Shown here: positions 21,693-34,290 of the stretch, piece after piece | Layout: each line of letters begins with the position of its first letter | Position numbering within the stretch: position 1 is the stretch's first letter | Position numbers and translations under genes: made by a program | The notes under the pieces: model-generated | What the model saw: the letters and a program-made list of their open reading frames with translations, nothing else | The model's database searches: none | Told to the model about the DNA's origin: nothing | Assembly (NCBI GenBank): GCA_020891255.1 | Contig: BQFW01000002.1 | Coordinates: 1,116,001 to 1,180,000, forward strand | Reading direction: 5' to 3' | Length of the DNA: 64,000 nt | Source of the DNA: Entomortierella parvispora E1425 | Taxonomy: Eukaryota; Fungi; Mortierellomycota

Positions 21693-22793
21693 ATGGCTGC
21701 TGGGAGTCATTCAGACAAAGATAGACATAATAGAACTGGTCCTTTGCAATCAAACAGCAGATCGCCATCTCCAGCATCCAAGGATCAACAACATAAACAA
21801 CACCATCGTAGTCGTAGCCATCATCATAGCCCATACCATTCCTCACATCATCGTCGTCCTCATTACTCTTCCAGCAAGGTCTCATATTCAAGGATTAAAT
21901 CCCCCGCAACGACCCTCAATGGCAACCCCTCGACTGCAACCCCGGCACCGCTTGTGCCGCACCTCCCACATCTCCCTCCCGCACCTCTTGTCCCAGAACC
22001 GAGCTTCAGTTTCAATTCGCCATTATCTCCGTCTGCTTCTGTCTTGCCTCCGCCAACAACCACCAGCTTCACCTTCACCACTACCGTCACTACCACCACT
22101 ACCTTGATCGATATAACACCAAGTCCAGTATTTTTGTCGCTCCCCAGGTCTGGTAGCATTGCGACGACATTTGTACCTTCGATACTATCAAGCACGACAC
22201 TGATTACAGATAGCCCAGTGCCAGAATCCCCTACCAATTTGGCTAAAATTTCGGGCTCGTCCTCCTCCACAAACCTGGGTATAGTCCTAGGAATAGTCAT
22301 AGGAGGACTGGCCCTACTCGGTCTGTTGGCCGTCTTTTGGTTCAGATCCATGGGTCGGCAAAGAAACAAAAAGGAAATGATGTTGCAGCAAGACTACTCA
22401 ACAGCCAGGGGAGGCAGTGCGCGAGACGCCACTAGAAGAGACGGCGCGACAAGTACAGGAATAGCAAGGTTGACCACAGCATCCTCTCCACCAATGACTT
22501 CATACAGGCACGAGGCATTCATGACCCTAGTCAAGGAGGCGGCCATGGGATTTTACGCAGCTGGTTTGGATCAGCCGCCGACGACAACGGTGGCGAGTTC
22601 TTCGTCTGCAGAGAGTCCTGCTGGTGCCAACCGCCCAATGACGAATAGTAGCGAACGAGGGGGAAATGAGGAGGAAGAGAGTGTCCGCCGGCTGGAAGAA
22701 GGCAGCCTAGGGTCAAGCGACGAGAGCAGCGAAGGTGAACTCCAATACCTGGAGGTTGGATCGCCTCGACTTGCAGCTGGTCGCCCCACGTAG
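21693..22793 (+). CDS. Single-pass membrane protein, Ser/Thr/Pro-rich ectodomain (Mid2/SKG6-like topology)
   Basis: ORF with S/T/P-rich region, TM helix LGIVLGIVIGGLALLGLLAVFWF followed by basic residues; start taken at ATG 21693 after a pyrimidine-rich leader. Confidence 0.6.
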   Translation: MAAGSHSDKDRHNRTGPLQSNSRSPSPASKDQQHKQHHRSRSHHHSPYHSSHHRRPHYSSSKVSYSRIKSPATTLNGNPSTATPAPLVPHLPHLPPAPLVPEPSFSFNSPLSPSASVLPPPTTTSFTFTTTVTTTTTLIDITPSPVFLSLPRSGSIATTFVPSILSSTTLITDSPVPESPTNLAKISGSSSSTNLGIVLGIVIGGLALLGLLAVFWFRSMGRQRNKKEMMLQQDYSTARGGSARDATRRDGATSTGIARLTTASSPPMTSYRHEAFMTLVKEAAMGFYAAGLDQPPTTTVASSSSAESPAGANRPMTNSSERGGNEEEESVRRLEEGSLGSSDESSEGELQYLEVGSPRLAAGRPT

Positions 22794-23064
22794 GAGAGTA
22801 GGAAGACCTAATAAAACGGGCAGCCAATCACAGACCGACAATGCACAGACAGAGAGACCGCCTTCTTTCCCTTGATGCCCTTTGTTCTTTCCCTTTCTCT
22901 GTTGTCATCCATTATTGCATTATTCCATCTTCTTGCTCTCCGTCGCACCCCCTCTCTCCGTCGCATCATCAGACAATAAAGGACGGACTAGCCATCCCCT
23001 CGCCAACTCATCAACACCTTCCCACTACACACACCAACACAGCAGGAGCCCACCCAGAAACAAG

Positions 23065-23960
23065 ATGGGATCAGTTTGGCTTGCAATCATCTACATTGGA
23101 GGATGGATCCTCTCCATGAGAGTCTTTGGATACTTCTGGAAGAACAGAAAGCTCGGTGAGTTTAACCCTTCTCACAAGTAGCTGCATCTCATCAGCTGGA
23201 CGGCCTGCTTTCCTTTCGGGACATTTACTTTTTGGAGATGAACCAGGGATCGCTTTCAGGAACTAGCCACTCCTTGCGCGTTCAAGAGATCTCTCATCTA
23301 ATCGCATCGAGATTGTTGTTTTATTCCATCTTTAGCAAACAGCGATGCAGAGCCTTGGTTTGGCGAACACATTGCCTTGAAGCAATATGTTGCCCTTCTC
23401 CAACAGTCCGAGCCCGAAGCCAGCGAAACACAGTTGACAGCTGCTCTCTTGCGCCGTGCCATGGAGGATGTCGTTAGGGTCTTGTCGATGCGTGAGGATA
23501 AGCAGGTTCTGGCCAACTTGGTCAAGCAGGGCACTGTTGGCGATGACATCTGGGCCCAGTTCACCCTCTCAGAGAAGGAGCTCGAGGCAGAGATCTTGGC
23601 TGTCATTGAGGAAGCTAACACGTTCAAGGAGGGTTGGGGTCAAACTATTCTCCAAACTGCCAGCGAAATGGTAACAACGATGGGACAATCAATATTGGTT
23701 CGTTTTCAACTTCCTCACTAGAATGATGTTTAACCACGCATTCATGTCTGCTTGTTTTATCCTTGCATGTTCAATAGGTGATGCACGAAAAGACAAAGCA
23801 ATTGAAGAAGGACCTGGCACTCAGGAAAGAGGAGGAGACTCGCAAACAGGCTGCCAGAGATCAGCGCCAGGCAAAGGAGGTCAAGGAGGTGAAGGAGAAG
23901 AAGGTCGAAACTACCCCCAAGGCCACCGAGGAAAATGCAAAGGTTGAGGCTACTGCATAA
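23065..23960 (+). CDS. SEC66: Translocon subunit Sec66 (Sec71)
   Basis: Three exons; N-terminal TM, EPWFGEH, LTAALLRRAMEDV, QGTVGDDIW, EEANTFKEGWGQTI match the Sec66 pattern. Confidence 0.85.
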
Positions 23961-24279
23961 ACGATACTATTGTAGATAGGACATATAGGAGTGACTAGTA
24001 CATTGCCATTTTTTCCTCTGGAGAGTATCAATGATCTCAACTATCTGTGAATGTGTTTGAAGGTCACCCAGGTATCGAAGAACTCGTTGGGTGATGAACA
24101 AAAATATGTTCGCCCGTGCATGGTTCAGGGCTGAAGATCGACTTAAGGGTGCGATCGATGACCTTCCACGAAAGTTCACATCATCTCACAACCCTCGACA
24201 TCTATTCTCGGGACAACTTCAGCGACCGAAAGACAACACGACCAACCCGACAGACACATTCGAAGCAAGCCAGCACATC

Positions 24280-25374
24280 ATGACCGATTTTGTCAGCATC
24301 ACCATCGTCATTGTCATCATCTTCATGGTCTTCCGATGGCTGTCTGGTAAAGAAGGCATTCCCCAGCAACACAAAGGGTTTCAACAACCTGAGGATGTGC
24401 CATTAGCTAATGCCCTACCTTCTTGACTGCTGGCCGCTTTTGATGATATAGCTACAGGAGACAATTCGCAGACAAATCGCCAGGGCCAGAACAGGGGCAG
24501 GATTCCTTCTCGACCTCAGGCGCGATTGGTCAATCCAGAGATGGTACATGCTCTTTACAGTCAACATGCCAACTAGCACGGACCATGGTGTCTTTCAAAG
24601 GACTCTGTATTCAGGGTCCAAGAATGACAGTGAACAGGATATATAATCCACTGACAGAGATTACTCGTTCTTTTCAACCATTTTTTCCCCTTTTCTTTCT
24701 ACAAAACGTTGACTTCCTATAGGTGGAAACCGTACGGGCAATGTTCCCTCATATCCCAACCGCGGCCATCCATTACGATCTGCAGAAGACTGGCTCTGTA
24801 GAGCAGACCTGTGATAACATTTTGAGGGATGGCAGCTTGCCTATGGTAAGATGGCCAATTGATGACCGTGGGCACGCTTTGCGGACATTCATGGAAAAAA
24901 AAATGATGACTAATGGAATACTCTTGTATCTCGTCCAGCCTCCCGCCCCTCGCCCAGCTACACCACCCACACCATCGCCATCCAACTCTGGTGCAGGATC
25001 ATCTTCAGGAGCAAGCCATTCTGTAAACGGAAACCTTGTTCAAAGATTCAAGTTGCAGTCGGCAGTGGAGCAGAACATTGTTCCTGAGGAGCCCTCAAAA
25101 GTTTGGGGCGACAGTGCTGAGAAGCGTCAGGAGGTCTTTAAGAATCGAAAGGAATTCATGGTCCTTCAGGCCAGGAAGTAAGAAATGTGCCTACTTGTCT
25201 TTAGACTGCTCTGCCAGTTCTACCGACGGGAGATATGGCCGCGTGTCCCATTTTTTGAACCATTGCTAATCGCAGACTTTTTTTTTCTTCTTCATTTTTA
25301 GGCGATTCTTGGAAGAGGAGGCCCGCAAGGCAAAGGAGGCTGCTGAGAAGGCAGAGGTAGAGACGAGCGCTTGA
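24280..25374 (+). CDS. ER-anchored CUE-domain ubiquitin-binding protein (Cue1/Cue4-like)
   Basis: N-terminal TM anchor, CUE motif VETVRAMFPHIPTAAIHYDLQKTGSVEQTCDNIL, C-terminal W..SAEKRQ..FKNRKEFMVLQARKR (Ubc7-binding-region-like). Confidence 0.8.
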
Positions 25375-25622
25375 TCGGTCTAGAAACCGTTTTTGGATAA
25401 ACAGCGGGGGGTGAACAGAAATGGTCTTCTGTGCGTCTGACATCCCCTTCACACAAATAAAGAAGGCACAAAAATCAACGGAAAAAAAGGGGGGGAATGA
25501 ACAGCACGAGGGGCGCGACACGTCAGAAAAGACAATGCATTCTCTCTTTCTCTTTCTTCATTCCTCGTTTTCAGCCCTCCATTCTCCATCTCTTCCACTT
25601 TTTTTTTTTTCTCATTGCACGG

Positions 25623-26563
25623 ATGCTTAAAAATAGCAGCGCAGGGAATGCCCACTCAGTGTCCGACCTGTCAGAGGTACAAAGAGAAAGGAGCCCAATC
25701 CCAGAGCCATACGCTCTCTGGCGCTGTGCCTAGCGATTGTGCGTGGTGGTTTGTCTTTGTCTTTTTTTTGAAATATCCTAACAAGAATTGCATGGAACTC
25801 TCTAGGAACTCACTCAGGTGTTCTTCAAGGCCATTCAGGATCAGGATGCAAACACAGTCCGTCAACTTTTGATGGATCATAACAAGACGGCATTGACGCA
25901 GGCGCGCTGGAAGGCTCCAATGGATGTGGCCCATTACCCCTCAGGCGCAGAGGTGTACGCCTTCAGACTCTTGGGCGCCTACCTGGGGCCTTTGACTGGA
26001 CTTCAGTTTTCAATCTTGATTGGCCAGGATGGGATCGCAAAGGATATTCTGGACGCGACCTTTGTTCAAGGTAAAAGCACAAATCATTCATAAAACAGAG
26101 CTAGAAGCACCTCGAACAGAGACTCATCAACCATGGAAATCCTATATAGATATCGATGCTACTTATGGGGTAAGAAGATGAGTGAAGGGCGACTCGCAAC
26201 CAGGAGCAGGAATGAGAGGGATTGGAAAGTCCTGAGTCTGTGATGTCTGAACGCGTTTTGACTTTTTTTTTTTATTTTCTTTTCCAACTTTAACAGGGCG
26301 GGAATACCGCGTTGCAAATGGCGGTAGTGTTGGAAGCCTCCACCATCATCAAGGCACTTCTCGAACGTGGAGCAGACAAGAACCGTGAGAATGATCGAGG
26401 ATTCTCCGCACTGGTATATGACTTTGCAAATTGCCTTTAAAACTTGCCCTTCTGACTTTCCCTGACTGGATTCTAATGCCGTTTTTTTACAATTTATTTT
26501 CAGTCCATGGCTAGCAACCCTGCCTTGTTGGGCGAGTCAGTGGAGGAGGAGGGTGAGGAGTAA
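25623..26563 (+). CDS. Small ankyrin-repeat protein
   Basis: Spliced model includes GGNTALQMAVVLEASTIIKALLERGADKNRENDRGFSAL, a canonical ankyrin repeat; start codon tentative. Confidence 0.7.
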
Positions 26564-28073
26564 AAACATTGGATACCCAAAAACTATGGATCACAGGATC
26601 TCACTCTATGTTGAGCCCTTTCGTACCAATTCACCCCAGCACCTATAAAAAACGTCAGTCCCGCAGCTTCTTCTAAAAAGACCTTGTGACTACGGACTGC
26701 AGCACTTGCAGCACTTTTCGCGTTTCTTTATGAGGCGAAGAAGAAAGGAAGAAAAACCACAACAACATCCATGTCCTTCTGAACTCAAAGACAGCATCTA
26801 CATGCATGCATGTCAACCTCTTGTGTCCACTGTAAAAGAAAAAAAAAAGGTGTGGTGCTTCATTTCTTATTTCATGACATGGTGGTTCGTCCTGCGTTGA
26901 TTTTGACCATGGATTGTGTCCAACCAAAAAAAGGTTGTGTCTGACCTTGGCCCTGAACTTTCTGGGGGAGTCTTTTTTTTTTTTTTTTTTTTTTTTTCAT
27001 TTCGCAAAAGTGACAAACGAAAAAGAATCAACAGCAGCAGGTGATGGGTCGTTAAATGCACCCAACCCCTCTTTTTCTCTCGACCCAAACCTCGCCCACC
27101 TCTCCCGACTGGTCAGGATCGTAACACACCCTCGATTTCAGGGCAGAAGGGAATCTCTTTCCTACCTGGAGAGCCCTATCCGTGTTTTTGTTGTTACTAG
27201 CTGCCCATTTGTTTGGTGCTGATCAGTTAACCACATCCACACCGTGTGCCTTTCTTCTTCTCTCTGTTGGAGCGGTTACACGTTCATGTTACTGTTACTG
27301 TCGTGAAAGCGCAACAAAGGGTCACTGATAGTTCACAAAAGTCCAGGAAATTGTACGGCGAAGGTACATGAACAATTCTCAAGCTGCAGGTAGATCGACA
27401 ATCTAATAGGTCTCCGCCCCTCAATTGCTCGATCTTTCAGTCTAATTTGAGCCTTTTCCTTTGGCAGAAAGAGAAAGAAAAAAAAGATGTTACTTTTCGT
27501 TTTCCAAAAAAAAAACATCCGGTCCGCATCCAAGGGGAGTGAAGACGGAGACACAAGACCCATCTCGGACAAGGGAGCGAGCAATTGAGAAAGAGAGCGA
27601 GAGAGTGTGAGAGAGAAGGGGGCAGTCGGCGAAGGCCATGTTTGTGTGCCCAATCATTGAAACACAACATGCACTCAATAGGCAATGGCCGATTTTTCGA
27701 ACAGCCCTCTGGGGTCGACATAAATGCATGGACGAGACCAACGAATCCTCCCTGCTTCCCCACTTTTGGCTATTCTTGCAAATTGAAAAAGTCCTTTCCG
27801 TTCAACTTCCCGTCTTTTGTCAGCCAAGCCCTTCAAATCAGCTTTTCTTTCTTCTTTCCTTCGTTCCTACGATCGTCTTTTTTTTCCCATTTTGTCAGAT
27901 TACCACAGCTCAGGCACACTTGTGATACTTACATAAATAACACCCACCAGCGCGAGCAACAGAAGAGAGCCCCCCAGCGCCTTGACACCTACACGGACAC
28001 ACAATCTCTCTCTTCGCTCCCTCTCCCTCTATCTATTTCTCTGCATACTACTTTCTCTCCTCCTCTTTCCTCA

Positions 28074-29686
28074 ATGGCCAAGAAATCTCATTGCAACACG
28101 CTATGGGGCCAACTTCTACATGATTCTCGAGAGCTAGCCTACCAAGTGTGGACAAGGATCTTGAAAAAGTCGACAGGTAAAAAAAAACCCTTTCTTCTTT
28201 ACCGAACATGCTTTCCGAAACCTCCGCGGGACCACGAATGCGTTCATCGAATAGCAAGGGATTCTAACGGTGTCTTCCTTTCATACTTTTCGATATTGTT
28301 AAAACCGTAAAAAAAAAAGATGCAGCGCGTGGTCAGAAGGGGCAAAATCCAAACGATTACCGACGACACCCCTACTCAAACTCGCCATACCATCGGCCAT
28401 GTTGGTCCACTCCATCACCTCCACTACCTTCACCACTGCCAGCATCACAACAGCAACCATTTCAGTTCTCATCCGGGTCTGGAATTGACAGCACCTTTTA
28501 TCTCCCCCTTCGCGCGCCTTCACCTCAGACATCCATCATCTCTACGTCCAGCTCCTACACATCCATTGCAACGCTATCCCAGTACGAAAGTCTGTGGGAA
28601 GTTCAATTGGCGCTTCAAGAAATCCCAGATATGATGGACGAGAATCTCTTGACACCTCTAGAGGGCCCTCCTAGGTCCAGAGCCGACCCCTTGCAAAAGC
28701 TGGGCTCGTCTTGGTCAAAGGACGACGACGGCTTTTTGAGATCCATCCCTCCCAGAGATCAGCCCCCTGTCCTCCTTCTCGACACGGAGAGCCCGGCACA
28801 CGATGGACTCCCAGGCGACGAGAATGACCAAGGGGAAGAGAGGGAAGACGACGACGGGGACGAAGGGGAGGAGGAAGGACAGACGCGTGGGGAGGATCAA
28901 CACCTTCCACTGTGTTACTTGGAGAACGAACCATTCGGCGAACAGCCTCTCCTGGGTGCCAGAGAGCCCTCACAGATATTGTTCTATCCTTCCCTTTCCT
29001 TGGACTCTTTGCCGATCGAATCCGAGAATAGTCCCTGGAGTTTGGACGATAAGCATTCTTTTGATTTGGATCAATGTCTACAGATGCAAAGGAAGCGGCT
29101 GACCAAGGCTGAAACGCCTCAAGAGATAATCCTCACCCCTGGAGCAAGCAATAACGTTACTGCTGCAGCTGCAGCAAGTCTGGCCTATGGCGATGCTTAT
29201 GCAGGTGATTCTTTCCTGCCCTCGATCGCTTACGAAAGTTTGACTGTCGACAATGGCGTCCCCGAGGAGGAAAATGAGGAAGAGACGGAAGGAAGGGATG
29301 GGGACGAAGGGGTTTGGAAGTGGGATGAGCGGCGCCAGAAGGAAATGACGAAGCCTGCTACTGCTGCTGTTCCTAGGTCCGCTATGACGGTAGAGCAAGA
29401 GAAAGAGGAACAGCATGCCAAGTACGCAGACCGACATGATCGTAAAGATAGTGGATTCTTCATGCACGATGAGGAAGAAGGGGTCTTTGTTCAGGTCTGT
29501 TCGCGTCTAAAAACTCGTCGTCCGAGCCAGAGACGTGCATCCACAGTGACGACCACTGGCGGGGTCATGGATGACCACACGGAGTCTGATTCCTCGGACT
29601 GGTCCTCTGAGGAGGAAGAGGAGGAGGAGCACAGAAGAGGGTTCAGCACGATGCACACGATGCATACGATGCACATGTACATATAG
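28074..29686 (+). CDS. Acidic, disordered hypothetical protein
   Basis: Exon from ATG 28074 joins via a GT-AG intron (~28176-28325) in frame to the long frame MMDENLLTPLEGPP..., which reads on the + strand of the given sequence. No recognisable domain. Confidence 0.6.
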
Positions 29687-30204
29687 GCGCCATACCACGT
29701 AATAAAGCGACGCGCTGGTTCGCGTGTCTTTTGTAAATACAACCTGATCGTGAGGCCATGCAGAAGCAGAGAAGAAAGAATCCTATCGAATAAAGAATAA
29801 AATAGTATTCGGGGTCGAATAAATAATAAAAACTCTCATCTCATCCATTCGATGACATGTGACTTTTTCCTCTCCTCTCCACTCCTCCACCTCTCGGATG
29901 ATCGGATCGCCGTCCGTCTCTCCACTCCTCCAGTCTCCACTCCAGTCTCCCACCCAGCCACTCCCTTCCCCGCGCACGTCTTTCCTCCCCGTCGCTCTGC
30001 TCTGTCGTTCTTTCCATCCATTATTGTCACTTTGACATTCTCTTTTCTCTGTTCATCTCCTTCCTCTGTCCGTCCCTCATCTTTCTCTCCTCTCTCCTCT
30101 CTCCTCTCTCCTCTCCTCTCCTCTCTTCTCCCTCATCGGATCGTCTTTCAGGAAAACCAACCTCCTCTGCCTGCCTACCTTCCAGTCAGCCGAACCAACA
30201 AACA

Positions 30205-31928
30205 ATGGCAACCTCGTCCATCCTGACACCTCCCCTTTCCCCGAAACTGCACGCCGACCATACAATGTCCGCCGGGTCATCGCCCTCGGCTTCCGTCTCT
30301 GGAACCTCCACCCCCGCTTCCACCGCGGTCTCTTCGTCCCCAACCAATGATACCCATATGAACAGCAGCAGCAACAACAACCACCCATTGTCCCGGATCC
30401 TTGTCCTCTATCACAAGGCAACGTCTACTTTTTTGCTCCGTCAGTTGGCCGCTGCCTATTCAACTTCTCTGGAGGCCCTGGAGTTGCTGTCAAAGACCAA
30501 TCAGGACTATGGACTGGATTACTCTGACGACGTCTCCACTCGACGCTCCTTCTTTGTCTTGAAGCAAAAGCTCTGGGTCTTGAACGCGACCATCTTTGGA
30601 GCCATGTTGACGGATCAGGCTCTTGCGGCAAAGGACGGCAAGAGTTCTGGTGCAGGTGGAATCGGAAGCTTGATGCGAAAGGCCTGGTCCGGTGGTGCCG
30701 GCAAGGATAGCCCGGAGAAGCTGGTCCGAGATCTGTGGAAGCGCTTGGTGGATGATTATGGTGGCGTGGAAGGCGATGTCGACGGCCAAGTGATGGTACC
30801 CATGTAACGTGTTTGTGCATATTTTGTCATTTTTACAGATGCCCTGAGCTAAGAAGCTCGTTCTGTCATCATCCTATTCTTGTCTCTCTGCAGTCAGTGA
30901 CTGACCCATTCTTTTTTTATGTTTGTCAATAGTGCATTGCTTTGCATCAACCAAAAGCTGTATACCTTGGCTCGTCAAATCACGGAAGCCTATCTGGCGA
31001 CAATCCCTGAAGGAATGTTGATTCATTTGGAGACAGCCGCCGGAGCATTGACTCGTGCCGAGAGCGGGAACAAGGACCCATTGATGATCAACTATGAGCG
31101 TCTGGTCGAGTTGTATGTCGTCCATGTGTTGGCAAAATTGGGCGAATGGGTGCCCGCACGCGACTTTTTGGAGTACAACACTGTTCTCTCCGACGGCTCG
31201 AAAAAGGTAAAAAAAGACGAAGGCAGCCAGTCGTGTTCTGGCTTGATACATACTAGGCGACCTTTGATATTGACAATTGTTTTCCCACTCCATTCTATCG
31301 CCTATTTGCTTAGTCTTATGGAAAGATATTGGAGAGACTGCACCAAAAGTCACTGCGACCAAAAAAGACGGTTGTCAAGAAGGCTGCTGTGACAACAACC
31401 GCGCCTGTTTCTGCCCCTTCTTCCACTGCCTCGACTTTAGTTTCTTCTCCTACGTTACCTTCTACCCCCGTCGCCACCTCCGCAGGAACCACTCACTCTT
31501 TGGATTCGAAGAATGGCCAGGTGTCCAACAGTTCCAGTTTGTCACCATCAAAGATCGCGGCTTCCGCATCATCACAGCTCACATCTTCTTCAGTTGTTGG
31601 GGAACGTAAAGGCCGCACCAAAAAGCGCTCCGGTGGCGAGGGATCCTCGGGTTCGTCAGGTCAGGTAGCAAGCGCAAAAGCAGGCGCAGCCACAGTATCG
31701 GCGACAACGGCTCAGGGACGGTTATGGATCTTGCTTCAGCACTACGCGGAGCTGATCAGGAATGCAAGTGCGAACATGGGACCAAACCAGCTGATGGTGA
31801 TTGTAGGGTTGGTCGTACTCTTGGGGGCGTTGGCGCGAAACCGGGCCCGGGCGTCTGCAGTGTTGCGGACTGTCAAGGACAAATTGATGCAGACGGTCAA
31901 AATGGGAACTACGGTGACGAGTATCTAG
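30205..31928 (+). CDS. PEX26: Peroxin Pex26-like tail-anchored protein
   Basis: Three exons; YERLVELYVVHVL..LGEW..ARDFL, C-terminal TM followed by KDKLMQTVKMGTTVTSI, resembling fungal Pex26 C-termini. Confidence 0.7.
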
Positions 31929-34290
31929 GGAATGAAGCAAGGAAGGGCCCGTGTGGGCGTAGAGCATACCACGATAAGTCATAATAAATGAGGTGGTGGA
32001 TATCAGAGAGACATGCTTTTCTAGAACGCAAACACTACGCAGTTAAATCTCGGAACGGTAAAAAAGGTTTCCATATCAGACCCACTCTCTGGGCCCGAAG
32101 GGTCATGCTTGAGTACTCCATGGATTTCTTATCGATGATAGGCCGATTACAATGGGATTGGGCCTAAATGCAATTAGCACAGCACAAAAATCTGGTCCCT
32201 GTTGCAAGGACCATCCCTCCGTCCCCTTCCTGGCCACCTTTGTGGGGCCAGACACCTGAATCAAGCATCAACCACCCTCTTTCTCTGACACCTTTTTTTA
32301 ATTTGTCTCTTTTTGGCTTTGTTCTTTGTGATTTTTCATATGACAGAGAACGGGATGACCAAGAAAAAGAGCAGGGGTAAAAGAGAGGGCACGTTGTTTT
32401 TATTAAGAGAGAAAGAGGCTGGTGGTACGAACTGGCCGGTAAAGAAACGGTGCCACCGAGCCCCTTTCAGAGCCTCGACAGATGGCGCGATAATCTTTTT
32501 TTTTCTTTCGTGTCTGTGGGGAAGAGGGACAGCGATAGTGGCTTCCAACTATCAGATAAGACTCGACGTGACGGATGGACAATCTGTGGCCATATAAAGA
32601 CTCGTTTTCTCTCTCTCTCTCTCTCTGTCTCGTTATCCTCCCAATAGTATCGTTGTATGAGAGCTTACAGGGGAGGGAAGAATTGAGATTCTGCGATGGC
32701 AAGTGGCGATCGTCGATAAAGTGGATGGTTTTCATTTGCTCTCTTCGTTCTCGCTCGCGTGGCCTCATGCGAGATAAGGGACAGGGGAAAAAAATCAGTT
32801 TTTTTTTTTTTTTTTTTTTTTTTTGGATGGAGCTTTTTGAGACTTGTGCCTTTTGTGTGTTGTTGGCGCTGCTCATTTCTCGGCGCTGCGCGGGATTCTG
32901 TATTTCAAGGGGCCGGGTCCTACGCCAAGCAAGCTTTAGTAGTCATTCTCGGGGACCACACACAGTCCTTTTCTCACCTTGCGGCCAGTCAATGGTTCCT
33001 CCTTTTCAATTGGCAAATGGATAGCTTGCAGTCTAACCTCAAAGGACAAGACCTTTAAGTGAATGACGCGTTCCAAGGACCTTTGAGTCGAGAGTGCAGC
33101 GGCCTAGACACTTTTAACAAAAGGGTCAAGAAAACAAAGTAAAAAAAGGCGGGGCCAGTGGGAAGAGTAGGGAGCACAATATAGAAAACAAGAGCTTTGG
33201 TCAGGCGATCAGTTCGGCTTTGTTAAAGAAGAAAGGTGACGACGGATGACGAAGGTTTTCTATGGTCCTGGATCAGGGGAGAGAGAAGGCGGGGGGTCCG
33301 ATGACAGCGAAGACCGACAGAGAAGAGTAGGAAATGGAAATATTAAAAGAAAGACCCTTTTTTTTTATGGCGGTTGGTGGCAACCTTGATGCTTCTTCAC
33401 ATGCTGAAGGATCGATTTTTTTTTTTTTTTTTCATGTTTGTGGGCACAGAGCCAAAACAGAATGCAAACACAAAAAAAAGAAGGATGCATCTTCTCCGTT
33501 TTCGTGCTCGGGTGCAACAGGACAGACAGAGACAAGAGTCCGAGCCCGAGCCCGAGGGGGAAAAGAGAAGCGAGCCTTTGGATTTTGGGTTGGTTGGCTG
33601 GGTTGGATGCTTTGTTCGGAAATTTATTTTGTCTGCTCCTTTCTGGCCGATGGACGGACCCGGAGAGGGTGCAAGGAGAGGCAGAGGGTGATCGAGGGTT
33701 GATGTAGAAAGGCAAGAGAGAAGAAGAAGCCTAGGACCAAGACGGATCCGTTGGAGAAGAGAAGAGAGAGAGAGACAAAGAAGACCAGAAGCAATGACAA
33801 GAGAGAAGAGAGGAAAAGAAGGGGCGTACTTGTCCCTCAGTATTCTTATCCAATTCAATCAGCTATGACAATTATCTCAAAAGGTGGAGTCGTCTCTCTG
33901 TCGTTGCACTAAAGTGCGTTTCGCGCGCTCTTATCTCTCCTGCCTCCCTGTCCTTCGTTGTTCTTCACCTCTTTCTTTCCTTTGTCGCTCTGACTCTCGT
34001 TTCCTTTCCTTCTTTACATTGCCTAACTGTCGGCTCTTCCCTACTCTCTCCACTCCTCCCCTCCACTCCTCCCCTCTCTTCCTCCAGACTTCTGTCCATC
34101 CGCAGTACTATCTCTTGTTGGTCTGCCGTCGATCCTTGCTCCTCTGCAGCACCACAACACATATCCTTCCCTGCCCTCATTCCTTATCTTCTATCCGATC
34201 TTCTCTTTACTCTCTCCAGCTCTCCTCCCCAACTGCACCTTTGACCTTCTCCCTTCTCTTTTGTCTTCCTCTCCCACCCCCCGCCCGGAT